A stretch of 64,000 nt of DNA from IMG/VR virus record IMGVR_UViG_3300032242_002454, positions 1 to 64,000 of that record; one strand, 5' to 3'. Positions 17,643 to 28,600 of this stretch are shown here, piece by piece (position 1 is the first letter of the stretch; the number at the start of each line of letters is the position of its first letter). The notes under the pieces were generated by a model. It searched no databases, was not told where the DNA came from, and saw only the letters and a list, made by a program, of their open reading frames with translations. Both the position numbers and the translations under genes were made by a program.

Positions 17643-20600
17643 TAGTTAGGTGGCCTGTTATTTGTCTTTTTTCCTGCTTTACAACAATAGTTAGTATCAT
17701 TACATGTTGGAATATCAGTATTATAACATTGTGGAGTATTATCGCAATCTGATGTTTTATATATTTCTGTTGTATTAATTGATCCTGTAGGACAAGATCC
17801 TTTGATTCTATCACATTTTTCTCTTATTGCATCTGTTTTTAAAGTATCTTGTATGGTTCTTGGTCTACGATATTCATAAGTATAATATGCTACTTTATAT
17901 GTAACAGTTGAGGATTTGAGTTCAGGATTAGTTATGGTTGCTCTATATCTTATAGCAGGATAGGTGATGTCTGTATAGAGTACTGAACTACAAAAGCCAG
18001 GAACAATTCCTTCTACAATATCATTTTCATTTAATGATGTATTATTATGACAAGGAGCGACATTCCTTAGAATCTGTTCCATTTGCTCTTGCCATATTTG
18101 TAACTTTCTATTTTGTGCTACAGGATTAGCTGCTGGAAAAAATACTGGAATATCGCATCCGGAAATAATGGCTCTTGAACGAGCATTGCCACCAACACAA
18201 ATTTTGGGAGCATCTAAAGAAAAGGATATGCATGTGGTCCAAGGAAAAGAGTCTGGGGCTTCTTTGCCACACTGACCAAAACCAGCACTAGTATAATCTT
18301 GGGAACCGCAAGCAATATCAGAACATCCATTACAAGTTCCACAACCTATAGTTTGTGAACCAACAGCTATTAATGCTTCGGTATTAGCGTCAGCGCTATT
18401 TAAAAAATATCCCAAAATACAGGTTCTAGTCTCAGTTATTATATCCCAAGTTTGTGTTTGTGCTGGCATAGTTATTTTATTCGGTTCAACTCCACAATTA
18501 TCACAATTGCTAGATATTGAATCTGAAATTGTAAAACTATCATCTGGTACTGTAATTTTAATTACAGGACAATTATCTCTAATACTATGAGATATGCAGT
18601 GGGATGGTCCATTAGGTAAATTAATAGTTAATGAATTATTATCATAATTAATGGAACATAAATTTGTAGGACAAATTGGATTATATGGTGTTATTGAAGA
18701 TCTAGTCACAGCATCATAAATATACCATGTAGCCGGTGCTCCTGTGTCGCATTCTATCCAAGCACATTCTTCTGTTATATCTCCTCCTATCTCACCTAAT
18801 TTACCATTTATAGCTCCATTTCCACTATAATCTCCACAAGAATCTAGCGGAGTTACTTTACGAGCATCTTCATTTCCATATTTAATTCTTCTTTTATGTC
18901 CTTTTAATTGTATTTGATATCTACAATATTCAAAATTGTAATCAAATTCATTATATTCATATCGTGAAGGTCCACCTGTGGCATTGGGTCCAGAAGGAAT
19001 ACATCCGCATTGGCCATTACGACAATATCCATATTCCCAATCCGCACAATCACAATGATTTTCATTATCTCCCGCAGCTGGAGGATATGATCTACCACTT
19101 ATAGCATCATAATATAAATTTTTAGTTAAAGGATCTATATAACTATCTGTAAAACAAGTACCACAAGATGGTTCAGAAACAGCTCTTAAACTACCTACTC
19201 CTAGTGGATGACTAATAATTCTACCTCCTATACCCAGCTCTAAAGAACGTGTTATTGATGAGTTGCTAATACTACCTTCAACATAGCACTCTGATTCAAA
19301 AACATTAAAAACTCCTCTTGCATATCCTCCTAATTTTATATTACTAGATGTTTGTGTTAATATTTTGCAGTTTGGTCCTATAAGATCTTTTACAGAATCT
19401 CCTATTCCCATATTAGTACATGTATATTCTGGTGGAGCATATGCTATAGTACCTACGCATCCGACTGCTGGTATGTATCGTACGACATATCCTGGAGGAC
19501 TTCCATAGTCTGGATTACAGTCTGGATAAGGAGTACCCGGTTTCCAAAGAGCAGCAGTACACGGGGCACCTTTTTCCCAATATGGTAATTTTAAATCATA
19601 TCTGGTTATTCCATCACAATCAAATGCATTATATAATGTTCCCTTTGGGTGTTGTGCCATAAAACCAACACTATGACTGGCTATTTCTTGACATGTTGTT
19701 AAAAAATCATATCTAGTAGTATTTGTACTATTTAATTCTTGATCTGATACTGCCATAGTATGATTATCTATATATTCTGTATGAATAACACTCTCAATAG
19801 TTTGACCATCTACTACTGCTATTATTTTAATTTTTCCATCAACACTTGCTACTCTAATAGAAATATTTTTATTTCCAATAGTTACTGATACTGCTTTTCC
19901 TATAGTTAATTTACCCTCAATTGATAATGATCCAGAAATTTTTCTATTGCTAGAAGATGCGTTTGTATCTAAATTATATGGAATATTTTTATAGATATCT
20001 TTTGCTTCTATTTTAGGATCGGTATATTTAATTAGATCATTGAATTTAATTGGTTGAGTAGTATGATCATCTATAGTTTTTAAATTGATTTTTTGTTTTT
20101 CTCCATACATCATACGAAATAACATCTCATTTGCTAATATATCTGTATTTTTTACTATTTCTGTATGATCTTCTACTATACTATCTCTCATGATAGCCTG
20201 ATATTCTTCATTTAATACTGATATTTTATTTATAGTTGGTCGAGGAGATATATTTGAATTACAATTATTGGTTGTAAATAATGTATTTTTAATATTTGTA
20301 GGATCTAATTCTAATCTTTGTATATAGTATAATTCATGATTACCGATAGGATTATAGATACCAGCATCATAAGATATTATATATGGAATATCATTAAGTT
20401 CTTTGGGCAAGGATATAGTTTTTGGCATTTGAATATGATATATTCCACTAAAAGCTACAGAACCAATAGTGTTTATCCCACAACCAACGCTATTACATCC
20501 TTCAACTCTATCGGTGTCTCCATAAACTGGCATTTTAATAAAAGGAGTACTTTTATATTCAGTATTATTAAAGTGGTCAAAATCAAATGTTATTGATTGA

Positions 20601-23600
20601 AAAGTTGTTGAGTTAGTTGGTACTACAGGTTTAAAAGTACCTCCAGCACGTATTCCCTGATCATTAATAATACTATTAGATTCTACAGAATATAATTGAA
20701 AAGGAACATCATCTACTCTTAATGTATTTGTATAAAAAATTTGATCTTTTTTAATGGTTAATGCTGATTTCAATTGATCATCTTTTTTCTGCAAATCTAT
20801 AAAAAATAATGGTTTTTCATCAGGATTTAGATAATTTTTTTCCCACTCATGATCAGCATCTAGATTTTTATATATTCCACTAATTTGAACAACACCAGAA
20901 TAGATATAAGATTGATTCTGTAATAAGTTTTTTAGTACTGATACATCTTTTATTAATAAATCTTTTAGTACTGGCTTTAAATTTTCTCTAACGGAATTCT
21001 CATATTTACCAGAATCTGGTATAAAATTAATATCCATAAATGGTAAATAGTTATTATAGTCTCTAAAAGTTTTTTTGACTATAGAATTATTTCCATCTCC
21101 AATATTGTATTTTTGATGAATAACATATGAGGTTTGACCATCATAGGTAATTAGAATATTTTTATCTTTATTTTTTTGATCCTTGATTTTAAAATTATAG
21201 TTGTATAAATTATTATTAGCATTATTAATAATTGTTTTGAAAAATAAGTTCTTATACAGACTGTCTGGATAAAAATCTCGTAAATATCCAGTATTATAAA
21301 TATATTGTCCTAGTTCATTAGTTAACTTGCCATCAAAATTAATCAAATCTCCCCATTTAGTACTATATATGGGATTTCTTAATAGCGGATCATATTCACT
21401 TTTTAAAGCTTCTGATATGTCTTGATAAATAATTAAAGAATCAATGCCCATCTTAATATCTTCTGATCTATCAAAAATATCCCCTAAATTTGCAGCATTA
21501 TCAAGGGTTATTTGTGGTATTTTTCCTAGAAAAGTAAAATCTAAATTACCTATATTATATTTTACTTTAGCATCTAATACAAATTCTGTATATATTTTTA
21601 AATATTTATCATGAATATTGTCATTATAACTTAATTTATTTCCATCTTTATCAACATATATTGCATAAATACTTTTCTTTATAATTTTGCCGATATATGA
21701 TAACTTTGGGTTTTCACTTGAACTTATCAGAACTTTTTGATCACAATTTTTTGTAGTATTATGGACATATCCAACTTTATTTTTACGATTGTAATCAATC
21801 TGTAACTCGGTAAACTTAGTATTTAAACGACTAGTATTATCCTCAGTATGCTCTGCTACAAAAAAATAAGGCCGAGAACCTTCTATAACTATTTTAGTTT
21901 CATCTCTACCTCTTAAAAACCGAGTATTAATAATCGGATAATAAGAAGTATTATTTCTTTGTGTATTAAATAAGTCGTATGTAAAATTATAGAAAAAATT
22001 AAAGTCTAGGTATTCTTTAGTAGATACTGGTAGAATTGGTCCCGATAAATCTGTAGAACTATCTTTTTTCACATATTCAAATAAATATGGTTTACCAATA
22101 TACTTTTTGCCATCTTTAAAATATCCAAAAATATTAGGATCATTATATTCCCACCACTGATTTTGTATATTTAAATAAAGTCTAATTTTTTTATGACTAT
22201 TTAATTCTCCTATTTGTCGTAATGTTTCTTTAAGCTTATCGTTCATTTCTCCGATAAGCATTGTGCCATCTTGGAATTCTTCTTGTTCTCTAAATACTTC
22301 TTTATCATAATCAATATATGAAGTTAAATTATTACTATCTCTAACAACTGATGTTTTATCAGTTTTATCGCTATTATAGATCAATCCAGTATTAGGATGA
22401 AAAAATCCTTTTTTAAGAGTTCCCATTTGTACTGGAGCAGGAACTGCAAAATTTAACATTTGCTTGCGAGGAATTCTCTCAAACTTTATCATTAGGTCGA
22501 TACTTTGATCTCCTAGTGTTCCAAATACGGTATTAGTTGAACAAAAATTCCCTATTGGAGGATATAAAATCAAATTATCATTTCCTGCTAAAGCTTCTAA
22601 ATAAGGATTTACTAAGACAGCAGTAACAGCAGAGGCTGATGCTCCTCCCTTTAATATGAAAGGTTTTTTCTGTTTATCATAAATTAAGATATCATTTAGA
22701 CTAACACGAGTAGCAAATCTTTGGTATCCTATATTTGGAGAAGGTGTCCACTCTAAATTTCCATCCTCATCAAAAGTTTGAGAATAACTTGTTGTTTTAA
22801 ATAAATCAACATTCTCGATAACTTCTGCCCAAACGTCGGCATGAATAGTGTTATAAGAAGGTAATGAGAAATTCCATTCTGTTTTAACATAATTAGGAAA
22901 ACTAACAGTTACCGACTGAGAGCATCCATATGGTTGTTCTGGATCTATTTTTTGATCTAAGCTAGCTAAAGAAGATCCTATACTTGGATGATGAGGTATC
23001 CTGCTATTATCTAAAAGTTGAGTAATATAATTTTCAGAATACCCACCATAAGCTTTAAAAACTGGACCATTAGCTGTTGATAAGTTAGGAGTAAATAATA
23101 ATGGTTCATTACTATAGGTAACCTCTCCATCTTGTCCACAAACATGTGGATATTCTGTTACTGTATTAATAGAGAAACATTGACATTCATTTTTATTAGG
23201 GAAACCTAAGCATTCATAGGTGCTAGGATCAGAACCTCTTAATTTTTCTATATTTAAACCATAAATTTTAATACCAACATCTTTAGTAGTAAAAGTTATA
23301 CGACACTTACCCGCTGTTAAAGAAGGAGTAGCTTTATTAAAAATTGTACTATTATTCGCACCAAAAACTTTACTATCATAGTAAACACCACCCTGATGAT
23401 GAAATGCAGCTTTATCAATACGAGGATTCATTATCGCAGCATGATATTTTCTTTGATCATAAAGACTGCCATCAAGAATAGTTCTTCCTGGTCTTGTTCC
23501 CTCTATTAATCCTTCGCTATTGTTATTAAATCTTGCATCAAGTTCATCACAAAAACTACTATCTCCTTCAGAGCCAGAACAAATAGTAGGATTTAATTTA

Positions 23601-25666
23601 ACAGCTAATTTATAAGATGATCCATCTTCACAAGTAGAACATGATCGAGTAGAATCTTTTATAAATGGTCTGGGATAAGTATTTTGAAATGTCGAACAAC
23701 CAGTAAAATATACTAGTTCTTTTAACAAGTGATCATTTAAAAAAATACCAGCCATACTAGCTGATTTTGTTGTAGTTATATCTCCATTAGTACTATTACA
23801 AGCTGAAGCATATCTTTTTCTAGTATTTGTTTTACTTTCTATTTTTAGATTACCTAACTCGATAGTTTGATCATATGAAAATGATTTAAATTGTGAATTA
23901 GTATGATCGGCACAATCTACTTCAGATGAGCAACCTCCCAATAATCTTCTAGTGTCTTTTATTTTTATTCCCATATCAAAACTTAAATCTACATAGGATT
24001 GAGCACTGATATCTTTTGTAAATTCTAATATAGAAGTTGTATTAGCATCACACCATAAATAAGATCCATATTTATTAGCGAGGGTATGTATTAGTTCCTC
24101 TTGAGAAGAAATAAAATTCATATGACTTGCAGAATCAATAAGACTAGTAGACATATCTTTATTCATCTGATCTCTTTGTCTATAGTCATTAATAGGCTTG
24201 ATAGGCTGCTGATCTTGATCTAATTGTTCGGGGTCTAAGTCCGTAGTTTTTAATAAATCTACCACAACAGCATCGTATTGAGGTGCAGTACTGAGCAAAG
24301 CTGCCAACTCAAATTTTTGCAGTGTGGTCATTGAGTTTGGTTTTTTAACTGACTGCTTATCTGCATTATCTATACGATTATAAATGTCTCTCATAAGAGG
24401 ATAAAGATTAGCAGAAATATATGTGAAAGATGAACCAGATGGAATAACTCCTATCACTGTAGAGTCTTTGATCAGTTTAATACCAGAAGGGCAAGTATTA
24501 ATAACTGGAGTGCCATCTTGTGATGCTGGAACAGTATCAGATAGTGGTTCTGGACCATCATTTTTAGCATAAAAAACATCTCCGGGAGATATGTATAAAT
24601 CTATGCCAGGGATTGGCCTATTATCATTCTTCCTATCTTTATCATAATATCTATACCATCCAATGATACCAGAAGAATAATTCCATCTCCAATAAGAAGC
24701 TAATTTTTCTGTTTTTACAAAAATATTATTATATGTAGTTTTAGCAAATCCATAAGGAACATCACTAAAATCTTTGACAGAGGGTAAGAGGGTGGTGACA
24801 TCGCTAGATACAGTTGACTCTGGTAGAGGATATTCTGTGGTGTCTACCTCAGAGTCTTCTCCCATTAATCCACTAAATAAATCATCAGAAGTATATGAAA
24901 CTGATCCTTCATTATTTAATTTGGTAAGAATAAAATGTCCACAAGTACTCCCAGTTTGAAGATATTTTTTATATGCTTTATTATGGTCATCTATATTATC
25001 ATACTGAGAAGTAATAGAATCGTATGGTATTTCACCTATTCTAGGCTTAAGTTCCCAGTCTATACATAATTGAGGCGTAGATGAATTATTTGTGAAACTA
25101 TTAAGTGGTTTATTGCTGCCATCTCCAAATTTAATAAATTTATCAAAACCTAATCCAGAACCAATAGCAGGAAACTGTTTCATATGTTTGAAATCATAAA
25201 ACTGATCTACATATTTCTGGTTCAGTATGGGTATTTTTGGCAAATAATCATCTTTGTCCATTCTAATATCACAAGCCCCATTGCAACAATTAGAAGATAA
25301 TTTATAAGATTCATTTCCTTGAATATCTTTTAGTTTCCAAGAAACAGTGTGGTCTTTATTATTGTCTAATGAGGAACAATAAGAACAACGAAAAGAATCA
25401 AGAGATTCAATTTCATCATAATTCGTAATGACAGGAGAACAAGAACAAGGATTAAAAGCAGCATTTAAAGTAGAATCAGGCTGGGATAGCAAATCACCAT
25501 ATTTAATGGTAGAATTTTTCTTATAAATAACAATAGGTTTCCATAAGCCACTAGTTTTTTGATCAAATGGAGAAAGAAGAGTTGTTAATGATGCCATATC
25601 AATAACAGCAGTACTAAAATCTGTATCTGATAAAAAAGACTTATTAAATATGGAGCAACAACTCAT
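17642..25666 (-). CDS. Giant Cys-rich protein (about 2674 aa), probably virion-associated
   Basis: Uninterrupted 8-kb ORF at the end of the structural operon with Cys-dense N- and C-terminal regions. ATG 25666 is preferred over TTG 25681. Confidence 0.8.
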   Translation of the reverse strand: MSCCSIFNKSFLSDTDFSTAVIDMASLTTLLSPFDQKTSGLWKPIVIYKKNSTIKYGDLLSQPDSTLNAAFNPCSCSPVITNYDEIESLDSFRCSYCSSLDNNKDHTVSWKLKDIQGNESYKLSSNCCNGACDIRMDKDDYLPKIPILNQKYVDQFYDFKHMKQFPAIGSGLGFDKFIKFGDGSNKPLNSFTNNSSTPQLCIDWELKPRIGEIPYDSITSQYDNIDDHNKAYKKYLQTGSTCGHFILTKLNNEGSVSYTSDDLFSGLMGEDSEVDTTEYPLPESTVSSDVTTLLPSVKDFSDVPYGFAKTTYNNIFVKTEKLASYWRWNYSSGIIGWYRYYDKDRKNDNRPIPGIDLYISPGDVFYAKNDGPEPLSDTVPASQDGTPVINTCPSGIKLIKDSTVIGVIPSGSSFTYISANLYPLMRDIYNRIDNADKQSVKKPNSMTTLQKFELAALLSTAPQYDAVVVDLLKTTDLDPEQLDQDQQPIKPINDYRQRDQMNKDMSTSLIDSASHMNFISSQEELIHTLANKYGSYLWCDANTTSILEFTKDISAQSYVDLSFDMGIKIKDTRRLLGGCSSEVDCADHTNSQFKSFSYDQTIELGNLKIESKTNTRKRYASACNSTNGDITTTKSASMAGIFLNDHLLKELVYFTGCSTFQNTYPRPFIKDSTRSCSTCEDGSSYKLAVKLNPTICSGSEGDSSFCDELDARFNNNSEGLIEGTRPGRTILDGSLYDQRKYHAAIMNPRIDKAAFHHQGGVYYDSKVFGANNSTIFNKATPSLTAGKCRITFTTKDVGIKIYGLNIEKLRGSDPSTYECLGFPNKNECQCFSINTVTEYPHVCGQDGEVTYSNEPLLFTPNLSTANGPVFKAYGGYSENYITQLLDNSRIPHHPSIGSSLASLDQKIDPEQPYGCSQSVTVSFPNYVKTEWNFSLPSYNTIHADVWAEVIENVDLFKTTSYSQTFDEDGNLEWTPSPNIGYQRFATRVSLNDILIYDKQKKPFILKGGASASAVTAVLVNPYLEALAGNDNLILYPPIGNFCSTNTVFGTLGDQSIDLMIKFERIPRKQMLNFAVPAPVQMGTLKKGFFHPNTGLIYNSDKTDKTSVVRDSNNLTSYIDYDKEVFREQEEFQDGTMLIGEMNDKLKETLRQIGELNSHKKIRLYLNIQNQWWEYNDPNIFGYFKDGKKYIGKPYLFEYVKKDSSTDLSGPILPVSTKEYLDFNFFYNFTYDLFNTQRNNTSYYPIINTRFLRGRDETKIVIEGSRPYFFVAEHTEDNTSRLNTKFTELQIDYNRKNKVGYVHNTTKNCDQKVLISSSENPKLSYIGKIIKKSIYAIYVDKDGNKLSYNDNIHDKYLKIYTEFVLDAKVKYNIGNLDFTFLGKIPQITLDNAANLGDIFDRSEDIKMGIDSLIIYQDISEALKSEYDPLLRNPIYSTKWGDLINFDGKLTNELGQYIYNTGYLRDFYPDSLYKNLFFKTIINNANNNLYNYNFKIKDQKNKDKNILITYDGQTSYVIHQKYNIGDGNNSIVKKTFRDYNNYLPFMDINFIPDSGKYENSVRENLKPVLKDLLIKDVSVLKNLLQNQSYIYSGVVQISGIYKNLDADHEWEKNYLNPDEKPLFFIDLQKKDDQLKSALTIKKDQIFYTNTLRVDDVPFQLYSVESNSIINDQGIRAGGTFKPVVPTNSTTFQSITFDFDHFNNTEYKSTPFIKMPVYGDTDRVEGCNSVGCGINTIGSVAFSGIYHIQMPKTISLPKELNDIPYIISYDAGIYNPIGNHELYYIQRLELDPTNIKNTLFTTNNCNSNISPRPTINKISVLNEEYQAIMRDSIVEDHTEIVKNTDILANEMLFRMMYGEKQKINLKTIDDHTTQPIKFNDLIKYTDPKIEAKDIYKNIPYNLDTNASSSNRKISGSLSIEGKLTIGKAVSVTIGNKNISIRVASVDGKIKIIAVVDGQTIESVIHTEYIDNHTMAVSDQELNSTNTTRYDFLTTCQEIASHSVGFMAQHPKGTLYNAFDCDGITRYDLKLPYWEKGAPCTAALWKPGTPYPDCNPDYGSPPGYVVRYIPAVGCVGTIAYAPPEYTCTNMGIGDSVKDLIGPNCKILTQTSSNIKLGGYARGVFNVFESECYVEGSISNSSITRSLELGIGGRIISHPLGVGSLRAVSEPSCGTCFTDSYIDPLTKNLYYDAISGRSYPPAAGDNENHCDCADWEYGYCRNGQCGCIPSGPNATGGPSRYEYNEFDYNFEYCRYQIQLKGHKRRIKYGNEDARKVTPLDSCGDYSGNGAINGKLGEIGGDITEECAWIECDTGAPATWYIYDAVTRSSITPYNPICPTNLCSINYDNNSLTINLPNGPSHCISHSIRDNCPVIKITVPDDSFTISDSISSNCDNCGVEPNKITMPAQTQTWDIITETRTCILGYFLNSADANTEALIAVGSQTIGCGTCNGCSDIACGSQDYTSAGFGQCGKEAPDSFPWTTCISFSLDAPKICVGGNARSRAIISGCDIPVFFPAANPVAQNRKLQIWQEQMEQILRNVAPCHNNTSLNENDIVEGIVPGFCSSVLYTDITYPAIRYRATITNPELKSSTVTYKVAYYTYEYRRPRTIQDTLKTDAIREKCDRIKGSCPTGSINTTEIYKTSDCDNTPQCYNTDIPTCNDTNYCCKAGKKTNNRPPN

Positions 25667-25674
25667 TTTATTTC

Positions 25675-28600
25675 CTAACAATTAACTGACTGTAATACCC
25701 AAGATCCATTAATAAAAACAAACATTCCTAAGTCTCCAGCAGAAACATTAAAACCCATGGGATTATTATAATTGGTACGATACATAATAGGGATGGGTAT
25801 TGGTGCGGGAGAGTCTGTTGACGTAGTGTTTGCTGTCATGGCGGTTGTATCTTGATAAATCTGATATATAGATACATCTGTATCTCCTTGAATAACTCCA
25901 GAAGTCATGTAGTGTTTATTATAGATGGGTTCATAAAATCCATTTTGACCATTGTATTTACAATAAACTGGAGCACCTCTGGGTACACAAACAATATTCA
26001 AGTTATCTTGAACGAATACTAATTTTCTTAAACCACTTGGTAATGGATCATTTGTATATGAATCTTCTATAATAGCTCCTCTAGAAGGTTGTCTATTTAC
26101 TAAATCAGTTTCTAAAACTACCCAAATTGGTTTATAATTAGCTCCTACTGTCCACACTCCTGCATTAGCATCCCACCTTAAATCAACTGGCCCGACTGGC
26201 CAAGTGCTAGGTAATTGTCCCCAGCCTTTATAAAACTGATGCTCTTTATATGGAGCTGTCCAAGTTCCGTCGGGTTTTTGGCTTTGGTTTTTGTATATGA
26301 TTTGTTTGGTTCTTGTGTCTCTAACTATTTCTCCATTAAGAACCTTTGGTTCACCAGAAGCATTAGGTACAGGATAACCTTCTAAGTCATAACCCCAAGC
26401 ATGAACCATTAAAGGTCCACGTAAACCAAAATATCTCATATTGTTAGCAGGAGTAATACCTGGGGCAATTCCTCGTTTACTACAAAACTCCATATAGTTC
26501 TGGTCATAATCCAAAAAACTACGTTCTATATTTTTTGAATATGCTGGCTTTAATCCATTATAGCCTTCAGGAATTGATAAACCCTGACCAATTAAATCTA
26601 TACTATGACCAGTTTTATCAGTGAATTGTCTATTAGGAAAACTACTAAACTCACCAACAGACATTAATACAGGATTTAATGTTCCATAATTAATAATTGG
26701 ATTACCACTTAATCCATTAGGTAGTCCAGAAGAATTTCTACTAATTAAAGTTAGATCATCTCCACTAGCTAAAATATAAGGTGGATTAGTTTCTTTTGGA
26801 GATGCTGAAACCAAAGCTTTTTTAGTTTTATCTTCTATAGTTTCACAAAAAGGACAATCTACTTCTTTTTCGATTGCGGCATTAGTTATTGTACTAACAT
26901 TAACAGTAGTCAAAGGATTATCAGGATCTAAATACTTATACCTATATTTTGCAGTTCCTTGACAAAATGGACATCCTGGCCTAGGATACTTAGTAATACT
27001 AAAGGTGGATCCGTGCGGAGTTGGATAAAATGAAATAGGAGATAATATTCCATCTAAACTCATCATAGATTTATTTTCATATCCTTTTTCAAATTCTCTA
27101 GGTAATTCTTGAACGTCCTGTAAAGAAACATTCGTTGATTCCCTTATCATATTTATAGGGTCATATGATATGTTTTTGGTCGTAAAAGGCATTTTAGACC
27201 AACCGGGAGAATAATTTAAATCTTTGTAAATATCAGTTATTGTACTATCTGGACGAACAATAGTAGCATTAGATCCAGCCAAAATTTCAAATGGACTCCA
27301 TCTTAAAAACTTAGGAGTATTGTTTTCGTTGGGTATATTAAAAAGATTTCCAAAATATCCTTGATTACTTAGTGTTGGACCATATTGTGGCCCATTATTT
27401 AATGTGTTTAATACTCCCATTAAGCTGGTGCTTATTTCTTTTCTTCTTTTTAGTGATTCTTGACCTATTTCTTTTATTCTATCTGCATTTTCTTTATTAT
27501 AAAACCCCAATTTTCTAGTATAGGTTCTAAAGTTATAATTAGTAGTTATTCCTCCTTCACCAACCTGAACTTGAATACTACTAATGATAGGACCACCAAA
27601 TGTTTGATTTTCACCTATTAAAGCATCTCCTAAATTAAAAGCTGTTCCTTGAAGACTTGTTAATAATGCTCCAGGAACTTGAATAGAACCTTGTTCAGTA
27701 ATTTGTTGATAATTAACATCATCTTTAATTCTTGCCATAACCGCAGCATCTAAAGCATCCATACCACCATAATTCCACGGAACTAATCCAGCATCATGCT
27801 GAACCTTAACGCTCCCCACAAGATTATTAACAGATGATGGTACGTCTAAAACTCTACTATCAAAGATTTTCTCTTCTATTAGTCCAGGATGATTGGTCCA
27901 TGGCCCATATGTGGCCATTGAACTTTCAAGTGGTATAGCAGCAAAGTATGGGTAAGCTGCTTTTTCTAATATATGCATATTATCTGATGATAGGTTCGAA
28001 TCTTGACCATTACTATCTAAAAATACTTCCCTTTGTAGACCAGGATATAAAAATGCTGCCAAGACAGTTCTTGGATCCCAAGTCAAAGTAAAAGGATATC
28101 TGCGCAATCCTCCATTAACTGTTGAATTGGTATTAATATCTACTGGATTTTTTACTGGAGAAGGTATTGTGGAATCTCTCAGCATTTTCAGTAAAAAATC
28201 TTGACTTATAATATGGTTTAATTCTTTATCAGCTATATTTCTACCATTACCCATTTTAACTGGTGAAGATATTTGTATTACTACTCTAGCATCAGTTACA
28301 TCCCCATTTGGTAATGCTTCCATAAAAACAAAATCTTTTTCACAATTAGCTTTAACATATGTTTTACTAATTTGTTTACTAACTTTACTATTTGCTCCAG
28401 TACTAGTTCCTATAGGAAATCCGTGAGCTGTGCGAAAAGCTACAGAATTTGCAAATCCACCAGTATATATGTCAATATATTCTTCTGGAGGCAAAGAATG
28501 ATTAATAGAACCATAATAATTATTACTTTCTTCTAAGGCATCATTTGCATTCCGACTATTTAGTAAAAATCTCCAATCTGTGACTAAATGAGATTTGCCA

